Source: Azolla caroliniana
Lineage: Eukaryota > Plantae > Polypodiophyta
Length of the DNA: 64,000 nt
Reading direction: 5' to 3'
NCBI GenBank assembly: GCA_043228905.1
Contig: JBHGNT010000021.1
Coordinates: 7,068,001-7,132,000, forward strand
Positions 13,253 to 28,801 of the stretch are shown one piece after another (position 1 is the stretch's first letter; every line of letters starts with the position of its first letter). The position numbers were made by a program, and so were the translations under genes. The notes beneath the pieces are model-generated. The model was not told where the DNA came from, did not search any database, and saw only the letters and a list, made by a program, of their open reading frames with translations.

Positions 13253-14581
13253 TGTGGTATTTGTGGGGGACCATGGGGGTCTTAGACCAAGGGGACGATA
13301 AGGTTAGGAGTACTAGAAAAGATGGGGTCAAAAAATATCTAGGAGTCGAAAAGACTTGGGTGTCAAAGCATGTCAAAAGGAGGTGTAAGTCAAAGACTCA
13401 CGCTTGTAAAAAGATTGTGCTTGTCAAAAGATCAAACTAGTTGAAGGCTCGTGCTAGTTAAAAAATCGAACTAGTCAAAGCTCGCACTTGTCGAAAAAAT
13501 GCATATGTTGAAGAAATGCATATATGTTGAAAGAAACGTGTACATGTTGAAAGAAGGGCTTAGTTTTAGAAACCCCTTAGTAGAAGGAAGCGCTTAGTTT
13601 CAAAGAAACCCCTTAGTCAAAGAAACGCGTATGTTGAAAGAAGCGCCTAGTTGAAACGTTCCTATGACATGAATGCTCGGGAGCGCCGATGTTAGCAGAT
13701 GCGAGCAAAGGATGACACAAATGCAAGGGAGAGATTAATACGCAATTAAAGATTTAACACGAGATTAAGACGAAAATGAAGTCATATTAAGACCTATGTT
13801 TTAGTTTATACAAGAAAATCCCTTTATGGAAGAGGGTTTACAAGTTGTAGTAAGAAATATAATAGTTAGCCATGAGCTCAAGCATGAGAAGAAAGTGAGA
13901 GGAATGAAGCTTCTGGTGTAGGCAAGTGTGGACTGCTGAGACTGTAAGTACTGCTGATGGCTACGATGCCTTGTATCAAGGTAGAGTTCTCATGCCTCTC
14001 TGTCCTCCCTACAAATGACCACTATTGTAGCTTACTGCCTCTTTATTTCCTCAATGGAACGAGCTTGAAGATATTGAGGGCCACGACGAACATTGAGTGT
14101 GGGGAGCTCCTCCCTTTGAACGTCGAAAACCTAAAAGGAAGAGTCAATGATGAAAAGAAACCTGAAGAAGACGAACGATGAGAGCGAAGAGTCCCTCCGT
14201 CAAAGTGCCAAAACCTAGACAAAGAGAAGTCAAAGAAGATTTTTTTTTGAAGAAGACAAAGATGAATACTCTTGAGCTCCCAAAATGCCGAAGAAGACCA
14301 CCCCAAAAACGAAGAATGAAGGACCCAAAATATGCCCTCCCTCCCTCATTCGGTGTCTCATTTGCATTAAATATAAATATCCCATTCCCTATATAAAAGT
14401 AAAACAAAGGAATATACTTTAATGTGGCCACTCTAGCAAAGAATCAAATGCTACACCTCCTACACACACTAAATGGCCCTAATCACTAGGCCATTCACCT
14501 TTATTTATTTATTAATAATTTTATATTTACATATTTACACTTCGTGGCTCCCCTTTCTTTGCCCTTTTCCCACGTGCTACA
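13253..14581. mobile_element. Possible solo LTR / LTR-like insertion
   Basis: Starts TGTGGTATTTGTGGG and ends CCCACGTGCTACA (imperfect inverted termini); internal short tandem subrepeats 13420-13660; TATA-like motif near 14390; no 5-bp TSD found. Confidence 0.35.

Positions 14582-14584
<3 letters not shown>

Positions 14585-14640
<56 letters not shown>
14585..14640. repeat. (CT)n microsatellite
   Basis: Direct reading. Confidence 0.95.
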
Positions 14641-14643
<3 letters not shown>

Positions 14644-17335
14644 CGCTTTCACTCCATTCCTTATCCTCTTTTTTAGCCACTTTCCCACCTTTGGGCCCAC
14701 CACATCACGACACCGTATTGATCTAATGTTGATGATGTTGATTGCCTTTATAACATCCAACTATTCCAAAACTAGTCTACCTTATTCCTAAAGGAGACAC
14801 GATGATGTCAAGCCTATTCCCTATTTTCCATGATGTTCCAAAGTTGGTGATGCTGACAAACTTTGCAACCTCTTCTAACTTGTCCCAAAACTCCAATTTG
14901 TTCTCCATAACAAGGTGATTAGTTCAGGAACATGGATGACATTCTCTATATTTTTTTATAATGTTTTTAAATTGATGATATTGGTTGACCTTTCTAACTT
15001 CATATACTTCGCCAAAACCCTTCTTGGGCCCTTCATGGTAGTGGAGCTAGGATCATTTACATGGATGAACATATTTGGATTTTCCCTTAGTGTATTAAAG
15101 TTTCTAATGTAAATAAATTTAATCTACTCTTAACTTCTCCATTCACTACCTTGACTTTTCTCTTTTAGTTATTGTCAAGTGAAAATTGTTCAAAATCAAT
15201 AACATATTACTGAAAATTTTCAATGACTTCTATCAAATTCTAAGTTTCTCTATGATAGACACAATTGACATCTATTGGAAACGGTGAAAAATAGGTTACA
15301 ACTTACAAGCTTGTGGAGGGATTTTGTGATTGTAAGAGATGGATGAACTATTTTAGGCACATGTTCTAGTCAAAATTGTTTCTCATTTGCATTATTCTCT
15401 TCATGACAATAAATATTGATGCAACAACGTCTGAACTTCAATTTTCACCAATGAATTCCATGAATCTTTTTCAATCACAAGAAAACCTATTCTTGATCTA
15501 AACCTCTAGTTTTTTCCTTTCTACCTCAATAAAATTGTTGCCAATTGGTCATTGTCCCTTTTACAAGAGAAGAAAATTAATGGCATCATTTTTACTAATT
15601 CCCCTTTGTTATTCTTCTATTTCTCTTTTATTTTTACTTTTTTCCATACATATAGTGATCAAAATGGGAGGGGTTGATTTGTTTATTATGAGTTGGCATA
15701 ACATCATTGTCGATGTCATTGATGCTATATGACACGAGAATATGGAGTAGATGACACCTACTTGGTCTTGTCATCACTATTTCATCAAAATCTTTCAAGG
15801 CTTTAGCATTGAGTCTTTAAAAGGCTTCTACTAAAATTTAGGGCTTTTATCAAATGAAAAAAATAGCTTTTGCCCTTATAAGTGGACTTCTTTATATCTT
15901 TCAATGTCTTTGCTCCTTAGCTTGAAATAACACTTGACTTTCTCAAGAAAAAACATTGAATCAATTTGTCAATTACCAATAACCTTGTAAGATCCTAGCA
16001 TTAATGTGCTTATGTTAAGCACAAATTGGGCTCTTGGGTTACAAGACCCTTAAACTTTGCTAACGTTGCTAGGTTTTTTTTTCTATTGAACTTCTCTGAA
16101 TTTGTCATGATATTAGACATTCTGCAAAATAGTCGCGCCTCTACTTTCTAAAAAAGGATGTTCAATTCCATGATTTTTTCAAAGTAACCTAACATCCATA
16201 GCCTCAACATTTTGTGCTCAATATTTATAACACTCTAGGGTTACAATGCCTATACTTAGCAATGCCAAATGTATTATTTTTTCTCTTAAGTTCCTAGTCT
16301 TGTCTTGCAATTGAACCAAATAGTCGTATATACCAATATTGTTTGGTGTGAAATGTCATTGTGTGAAGCTATTTATATCATGTATAAAAACATTGAGAAA
16401 TTATGCGTATGCTTGTACTTGTACATTGTACATAAGAAACTATTACTTGGCATTAATAATCCTTGTACATTATTTCTCAAGCTATTTGCATCCTTGTACT
16501 TGTACATTGAGAACACTCTTGCTTATGCATTATCAAAAACTCTAGGCTGAGTATATAATGGCTAGAACTTATGCGGTGAAGTGTTTTTTGTATTGTAGTT
16601 GTGTCATTTGTTTATAGATAGTCAACTCACATGATCATTAACCTACCACCACCTTTTTCCTTTCTCCATCGTATGCTTAGACATGCTTTTACATGAGATA
16701 CCTTTTTAAACGTGTTGAAACATCGTTGATAATTGAAGTTTTTCTAAGCAAGAACTTTGACGTATCATTTACAAACATGTATAAGAAATTCAAGTTGCAT
16801 GCATGTTTTTTTTACTAAGCATGATGCCAAACATAAATAGTTTGTGTTGTGATTCAAAATCAAATGTTTCTATCTTGTACCAAAAGGTTATTAGAGCTTC
16901 GCTCTAAATCAACCTTTGCATTAATGTACAACTTATATTACCAAATGGTATCCTAAGCTAGAAAAAGTGTGCACATATCATCTTACGTACATAACATTTA
17001 TCTTAATGACAACGTTCAAGCTTATCCTTTATCCCTTTAAATAAAGTTTCGCCCTCTATACCATACTTGAACTTTGTATTTCATGTGGTCTTTAAAGATT
17101 CTTACCCATGCTTGGTAGACTTTTACTAATTTGCAAAGTATGCTTGAATGTTTCTTAAGATTGACAATGACAAAAAGATCACTTCCAAGTGGACTCATGC
17201 GAGCCTCCTGTAAAATCTCTCATTATTCAAATAGAACTTCCAAAGGTAGTATTGTGGAATTTGTAAACATTGTCGATGCCATTTTTATATATTGGAATTC
17301 AAATGCATGTTGTGAAACCCTTAGTGTAAATTTTT

Positions 17336-20631
<3,296 letters not shown>

Positions 20632-20711
20632 CTAGAGATCTGTTCTGTCTGTGCAGAGGGGTGAAGATGGAATGATGGATCAGGTGTTGGAGAGGGAGAG
20701 AATGAGCCTTT

Positions 20712-20722
20712 CTTTATATATA
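20712..20722 (-). promoter_or_regulatory. Putative TATA box of GDH
   Basis: TATATATAAAG on the minus strand about 145 nt upstream of the ATG. Confidence 0.55.
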
Positions 20723-20870
20723 CATATGTAGGTATGACAGAGCACAGAGATTACAGGCTTGGGCTTCTCCTTCTCCTTCTCCTTCTTCTTCTTCTTCTTC
20801 TTCTTCTTCTTCTTCTTCAGTTATACTGTCATTCTGAGCGTTTCTCGCAGTCCTTGTCAGCACCTCTTTT

Positions 20871-20901
20871 CCACGTGTCGCCTCCTCCCCGCGTCCACGT
20901 A
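20871..20901. promoter_or_regulatory. G-box/ABRE cluster upstream of GDH
   Basis: CCACGTGTC (20871-20879), CCGCGT and CCACGTA within 30 bp in a GC-rich patch about 150 bp upstream of the TATA. Confidence 0.45.
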
Positions 20902-23240
20902 GGCCAAGCCTAAGTGCCAGGGTCTGAGAGCCTATTTTTTTATTATTATTTGATTATTTATTTGCTTATTTAATCGATTAATTTGATTACTATGTAAAAA
21001 TGATTTAAAAATTAGATTTCTTCCTTCTTTTTTATTGCCTTTTGTTTTTTTTTACATATTATTTCCATTCTTTTTAAAAAAGAAATACAAATTGGAAAAA
21101 TAAAATAAAAAATGAATGTTTGTCCCCCCCAAAAAACACTGTTTTTTTTTTGCCTTTTGTTTTTTCATAGAACACAAAATCAACTCTAATGTTTTTTGGG
21201 ACCTCATCCAAACACACACACACACACACACACACATTCACAATCACACAATCATGTCTCGTAACGTATCTGTGCTCATTCCTTTTACCCCTTTCATCGC
21301 CTATTTCATCCCCTATCCCCCTCGGACATCTACAAGTCTTTTTCGCACACGATCTGCTTCGATGATCGAGGCTCATGTTGCACCGAGTAAGTCTGGAGAT
21401 GCACATCATCGTCTTTTCGTCGCGCCAAACGAATTTATTCACCAAAATGGCAGTGGCATGCGAAATCATCATCACCACCACCACTATGGAATAAAAATGG
21501 CCCAATGCTATTTGGAATCATTGTCCTTCGGGCGCTTACTTCTTCTTCTTTTTGTGTCCCCTTTTTTATCAGTCATTAATATGATTAATGCATGTATTTG
21601 CTTTTGCTTTTTGGCATAGGATGATTGACAATGATATTTCGATTATTTGTACACATGGTATATATTTAACCAACGACAACGAAGTAGTCAATCATCTCTT
21701 TGAAAACAACTTCGATATAATGGTGTATCATCATTTCTTCTTTGGTTTGGTGATCTAACAATTGTACAACCTACGAAAGTATTTTACCCAAGCCCTTTGC
21801 TATATAACAACGTCCAAACTACATATTCTTAGTTCATATAAACTTTACTTTCATATATGTCATAAAATTATCTTTAGAGTAGGTAAAACAAAACAAAGAT
21901 TGAGACGTTTTGATTCAAGTTCACTAATGAAAGGAACCTATTGTTACATACCATCTACCCCACATATTCATCATGTAGTTTGATTATTCATATGTTGATA
22001 TTGGACGTAGTCATCGATATCTTCACATCAGTTGCACTTACATGCTGATTGTCTCTTGCCACAACATTCCAAGGATACGTCTATGTCTTGCGAATTGTTG
22101 TTAGTGTGAATCTATTGTGATAATAGTGACTATTTGACCAATACATTTGTAATTATTCTATTGTCATCAAAATTATCAATGAGCAAAAAATTCTTACAAC
22201 CTTAATTCATTAGAATGTTAACAAACCTAGCAGTAGTAGGGTGTGAAATGTGGTTAAATTTGCCCTGATCGACAAGAGATGAATGCCGAAGGCATGCTTG
22301 TGTTCATTAGATGTGTTTTCAGACAAGTAAACAAACAGACAAATGATGATGGTTCTTGTTACCATGCTATGTTATACATAACCAACACTTCTTTAAAAAT
22401 GAGAGGGATTATGATAACGTAATTCGATAAATCATAACACATTGTATAAATTACTCAAAGTCTTATGCTTATTAACAAACAATATCCTTAAAGAGGGTGT
22501 TCATTCAACATGCTCAAATAGTTGCATTAATGATGTCATTATGTTTCTATAATGATAGTCGTTCGAACATTTAATTAGTTTTCTTTGCTCATTAGTTTTT
22601 CTTTTACATGAGTAATTTAACCTCACGATTGTTACAATCTTTCCATGATTTAACATCACCACATATGATAAGTGAGTCCATTTTATTTTATCAGTAACCA
22701 TTACTATGTCTCACTGAAATCATCCACCAACATTTCACAATTAGATTTTGGGTTAGTGGTATGTGTATGTGATGGTGAACTATTTGTTTATACAAATGAT
22801 ATGAAGATTGACATATTTGATGAATCTTCCCAACATTCTCTTTAGGCACTCATTTCTTTTATAGGTGCTTGGATCATTTCCTACAATGTTATTGGTATCC
22901 ACTTCTTTGTCCTCCTCATTATTATGTGTTTTTTTCTCTTGTTATTCTTACTATCTAATGCGTGGGTCTTACATTATCACATTCGAGAATCTTCATCAGG
23001 ATGCATTGATATGTCACAAAATTATGTAATACATTTACAAAAGCAAACTAAGCAATACATTACCTCCCACACCAACTCTTCAAGCATAATAAACGATCAA
23101 GTCTACTCTCACACATTCACAGAAGACCGTTTATGACACCAATAATACACTTTCAACTCATGTATGTGCTATCCCTCTCTCTAAAAGATTTATCCATCTA
23201 ATCTTGTCTCCTATTGTCTCATGGGCCAAATTTGGTCTTC

Positions 23241-23300
<60 letters not shown>

Positions 23301-23304
<4 letters not shown>

Positions 23305-23607
23305 GTAATTGGCTTACCCTAGTGGTAAGTCGTTTACATTACTAACACTACATCTTGGGTTTGAAACCCAATTATCTCACACCTCTATTACTTCATAGAT
23401 ATCTCTGATTTCACTAGATGCCACTCTTAGATGTTATTTTTACAACCTTTTCCTTTCTAATTGTAATTAGCTTACCCTAGTGGTAAGTTGTTTACATTAG
23501 TAACACTACATCTTGGGTTTGAAACCCAATTATCTCACCTCTTTATTACTTTATAGATATCTTTGATTTCACTAAATGCCACTCTTAGATGTTACCTTTA
23601 CAACTTC
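23301..23607 (+). repeat. Two tandem copies (about 158 bp) of a tRNA/SINE-head-like repeat after a (CT)n tract
   Basis: Each copy has TAGTGGTAAG...GGGTTTGAAACCC (A/B-box-like); a related copy lies inverted at about 52330-52418. Confidence 0.55.
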
Positions 23608-26600
23608 TCCATTGTAGTGTCCCCTTGGTAGTATTTCACATTGTTAATGTATATTATGTTTATGAGTATTGTTAGGAGAATATAAAATTTATTATAATGC
23701 ATACTACATTTACAAATACCAAACATTTTTAATTGTGATATTCACATTGCTATATCAAAATTGAACTCATCTTCCCTCGACGGGAATTTCTCATTCCCAT
23801 AATAAGTAGATGCGTATATATTAACATTCAACAATATTCTTCACATGAATTACCTATCGTAAACCATGTACAGTAGTTTAGCATTTCTAGGTATAACAAA
23901 AACCTAAATAGATCAATGTTAAATGGTATGATAGACTCCAAAGTAACATCAAAAGTTCAATTTAAGAATCTATTCAGAGTCATTACATATTGCAACTAGT
24001 TTAACCTAGTCACATCATCAAGTACATGCAAAGGTTTGCATATGTGGGGACTATGGTAGTACCAACATGGCAAAAACGCATATCCACAAAGGCTTACATG
24101 TCAATATATGGGCACCATGAGTGAAATTTCAATATAAATGTAACTACTGTGAAGTGTAAACGTATTTCATTGAATTTAATTGTCAAAATGTTGACAAACT
24201 ACAACGATTGCGACTATGTATGGGTATAATTGATGGAGGGTAGGTAAATTTACTTGCAAAAAGTGTTGTTTTAGATCCTCAACATGGATTTGATATTGCG
24301 ACGTTGAGATATTCAACATGGTTGGGATTGATATTAAAAACAAATTGATGATAAACCTTAGAGTGTTACCTTTGTGTAAGGACAATGTATATCTCAAGGT
24401 TCCTAAGAATTTTACAAGTCTCAAGAATGACAATGTTGTTACGTAGTTTGAGCGGTTTCCGTTCTTAAAACAAAGTACAAGTCTGATTTAACTTTTAATA
24501 GTGAAGTTCATATTGTTTCTCAAGTTAGTCATTTGAAGAAGATTATTCTACAAGGTTTCCACAATTCCTATCCCTAAACTCTCTTGGTTAGGTAAATAAT
24601 ATGTTCTCACACTCCACACTAAGCAAAACATATTTTTGATTCACATGGAAATAAATATGTTAGAACAAAATGGGAATTATGTGCGGACTATGATAGTCCC
24701 AAGTTCCAACGTGACAATTATAGATAGATATAAAGTCTTAGGGATCAATAGATAGATTCTATTAGTCAAACCTATGGATAAAGTTAGGGGCATACGGGAA
24801 TGATTATATATTGGATGGTTGGGAGTAGATTTTGTGTCACGTCGTTCTAGCTCTAGTTTCAACATCATATGATGGAATACCTCCCAATTAATGTTTCTCC
24901 ATTCAATATTGTATTGGGAAAAGGACCTAAATAGGCTTTTATGTATGAGAAACTCAAAACATGATTGCATATTTGCCGAGTTTACCCATAAAGTTGATAT
25001 CGCTAATCACACGAAAGTTAAGATTAAACACATAAACATTGTTTAAGAAATTAATTTGAGGTCCTTGTTGATCTTTTTTATGCATTTCTAGAAGGCAACT
25101 ACAATTAGGGGATGTGATTTTTTCTTAATGAAATGTCAAAAGTTCTATCTTCCACATTTATCCTAGATGAAATAAGAATGTGCTCAATAAACAAATATGA
25201 GAATTGGTTTGTGACATGTCAATGCCCATAAGAATGAGTTTTGTAGATTCTCCACTTGTGGTTTATCGATAAAATGAAAGCCATTTTGACATACGTCACC
25301 AACACTCACAATGAGATATTTTACTTCAAGTGGAATGAGGGAATTATGAAAAAATATGCATTGTTCTTAACTGAATGAGGAATCATTCGAAAGAACCCAA
25401 TACCATAAAATGGTCGAGAGTATCCCTAAATTGGTCAGAATATTCTCATGGTGTGGACTTTACCTTTATGATTGAAATATTAGGCCATTCACATGTTCAG
25501 ATATGGGTCAATCTAGTGTTATTTAAAATATTGCTTTATTAGTTTAATAAGAATACCTAATCCATTTGTATTATGGGCAATATAAACAAACAATCTACTT
25601 CAAAATGAGTGTCGAATATGTATAGATAAGTTTATGGTACCTATAAGAGAACACACTCACAACTTCTCTTGTGTGCATTGCACTATATTACCTACTTTTC
25701 CTTGAATGTTGCAAATTTTTACAATGGCCCCACAAATACCATTCATTAGTGGCCAACTATCGATAACATGCGCATTTGTAACATCTTAATCAATATTATT
25801 TTCCTCACCCATTATTAGTCATTCAAAGATCTTTATTTATAAACTTTTCTATAGTCATCTCCTAGCCGAATCAAATTTTTTTGGCATAGAATATATTGGT
25901 TGCATTACAATGCAAAAGTAACACTTACAATGTCTTACAATGAGAATTGTTCATGTGTTTTGCCTAGACAATTAAGGTTAGTTTAGATTCTCCTAATTAC
26001 ACATATACAAAATTATTTTACAAACTTTTATGACAATAAGAAGTTTTAAACGAGCTCAATATAATTGCCCATAGTTATATTGTTAAAAACCTTTGAACGT
26101 GACCATTGAAAATGTAATGTCAAATCCTCAACCCTTTTGTTGTACTTTCTTGAAAGTGGTTGGCTTCTTTCCATCTTTTAGAATTGAGATTTTAGATAAT
26201 ATTGTGTCTTCCAAAAAGTAATACACTTGCATTACTTCAAGGATATGGGGCATAGGGTCTATATAGAATGTAGACACATTGTCTAATATCTTAATGGTTA
26301 AACTAAAGACGTCAATTCATAAACATGCTTAACAAGTGCCAAGGAACAAAAACAATATTGCCAAAAAAATTGGCTAGACACAACATGTAACTTTTACTTC
26401 ACATTTAGCCTAGTTTTTAATTGTAGTTGAGGCACTCCTTGGAAAATTTATACTCAACTCCATGTGAGCTAAAGGAACATGATTGACACTAGTTTGTCTC
26501 GTTCCTCATGCAAGCACTTTCTATATTTTTTGGGAAGTATATCAAAATACTTTACATGATCTCAATATGCCCTCCTCTCATAATCTCAATATGTCCTTGT

Positions 26601-27193
26601 GAATGCATTGTTTATTAGTAAATTCTTGAATATCTAGAGTTACTACTCAATTCTAGAAATACTATGCAAAAATGTAGCACTTTTAGCCCCATAGATCATA
26701 TTAGATCTTCACCAACAATTATAATCTGTCTCTGTCTCTCTCCAATTTGCTTCAACTTATATATATTTGCTTCACCAGCAAATTGGGGGGGGAGAGAGAG
26801 ATAGATTTTATTATCATCTTCAAAGATCGAATAGGACCTATGAGACACAAAATGTTTCCACACAATACATCTGAATGTAGTAACAACTCTTGATGTTCAA
26901 GAACTTTACTAATGAATGTTGATGTTGGGATGCACACTACGACAATGAGAGAAGTTTGTGTCATGATTGGGTTTGGTTGATATGTGAATGTTGTAGCAAC
27001 TCTTGATGTCCAAGAACTTTACTAATGAATGTTGCGATCGCGAATGCACACTATGACCATGAGAGAAGTTTGTGCCAGGATTGGGTTTGGTTGATGATGT
27101 GTAGAAAGCATAGTCAAAGGTAATAAAAAGGCAAAGCATTGTATTAGTGTGTGATACTTGATTGGACTCATGATCTTAATGAGAAGTGATCTC

Positions 27194-27651
27194 TGTCATG
27201 AATCCGTGAACATTATGCTTCACCTGGACTTGAACCCAAGACTTCGTATTACGAAATTCGAACCCTAACAATTAAGGTAACCTATTAGGACGTGAAATTA
27301 TAAAGGCTACTTTTCATAGTGATTATTGTATTAGAGAAACTTCTGGAACTTTCCAGAACATTCTAGAAATCTTTTGGAACATCCTAGAATATTCTAGGGC
27401 CAAAACATTCTAGAACATTCTAGAAATCTCTAAGCTATTCTATAGAAACCTATAAATAGAGACAAATAGATCATATCAAATCAGTTCGAATCAACACCAA
27501 TCTTCAGCTCCAAGCCTACCTTGTATCCAACTCATCCTTGTACTCATTCTATTGTAATAAACCCACTCTTCTCTTATCAATCCATTCTCCTCTCTTCTTC
27601 CATTCTCTTATACCTTCCTTCAATTATTCAATCTCTTGCTTTGTTCTGACT
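27194..27651 (+). repeat. 5' LTR of chromovirus
   Basis: TGTCATGAATCC...TTCTGAC(T); colinear with 50185-50667; TATAAATA at 27451. Confidence 0.95.
27335..27426 (+). promoter_or_regulatory. Heat-shock element array in LTR U3
   Basis: GAAacTTCtgGAActTTCcaGAAcaTTCtaGAA is seven alternating nGAAn units; a further TTCtaGAAcaTTCtaGAA ends about 25 bp before the TATA. Confidence 0.75.
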
Positions 27652-27706
27652 GTTTGATTCGAACTCCTTCTCCATTACCTTCTTCCACAAACACTAGTCA
27701 GTACCC

Positions 27707-28673
27707 ATGGCTACTAGCAACCCACAAGAATACCTCGCCCTTGTTGCAGAAATGGAGAATCTCAAAAGCAAGTTTGCATCACTAGAGCTAGAGAATCAAC
27801 GACTGCTTGAAGATCTACATAAGGTTTCTGTAGAGAAGCAACAAATACACGACGAGTTTACATGAAGGGTTCAACAATTAGAGTCAGCAATCGTAGCTTT
27901 ACAACAATTAAAAGTCGATGGTGAAGGAGTTCTTAAAGAGCCCAAAATCAACCTCCCAGCTAAATTCGATGGTTCGAGAGCACATTTTCGGGGTTTTATA
28001 AATCAAGTGCAGTTGGTGATCCAGATGCATCCCACGCGTTATCCGACGGATTCATCTTGAGTTGGGTTAGTGGCCACTTTATTGACTGGCACGTCATTTT
28101 CATGGTTGGCTCCATTGCTAGAAGCAAATTCTCCCCTACTTAACAACTTTGAAGAATTTATCAAAGAGTTTAAGGCTTGCTTTGGAGACACATATAGTGT
28201 AAGAACGACAATCAACATGATTCGCATATTGCGACAAGGGGATCAACCAACATCAACATATGTTGCCAATTTTTGTCTCATTCCAAGTGATATTCCTTGG
28301 GACGAACAAGCCCTAATGGAGAAGTTTTGTTTGGGCCTCTGTGGAGATCTAAAAGATTTACTTCTTACCTTCCTTGAGGATCCAAAATCCCTTACAGAAG
28401 CTATTAGCCGAGTAGTACGGTGTCATAATCGGTTTTTTGAGCTCCGGTCCGAGCGACAATAACAACAAACAAGATCAAGATTTATACCAACTTCTGCATC
28501 AGTGACGGCACAATCTCCAAGGCAACAATATAGCCTTGTCCCAACTCTACGGCAAGCACATAGCCCAACATCAATGGATAGCCCGACACCGATGGAGATT
28601 GATATGACCCGGCGACAAGGACTGTTATCGGATGAAGAGAAACAACGTCGTCGAGCAAATCGACTATGCTTAT
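27707..28673 (+). pseudogene. Chromovirus gag (disrupted)
   Basis: ATG 27707; EPKINLPAKFDGSR..FINQV, PMEID, RRRANRLCL. The zinc knuckle is split by a copia insertion and resumes at 35456. Confidence 0.85.
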
Positions 28674-28740
28674 TGTAAAGAATCGATGGTGATTCTTGTG
28701 CAACGGAATAGACTAGAGATATGTGTTGTGAGTGTGTGTG

Positions 28741-28801
<61 letters not shown>

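Noticed and set aside
21116-21619. 167-aa ORF with a His run, divergent from GDH
   Set aside because: Built partly from microsatellite and T-rich sequence; no recognisable domain or splice structure.
23700-26750. AT-rich region that may be old retroelement debris
   Set aside because: No motif could be read confidently; left unannotated.
26886-27095. 112-bp tandem duplication
   Set aside because: Diverged two-copy duplication with no further structure.
27215-27290. Functional tRNA gene
   Set aside because: Acceptor, anticodon and T stems are imperfect and it lies in both LTRs; reported only as tRNA-like.
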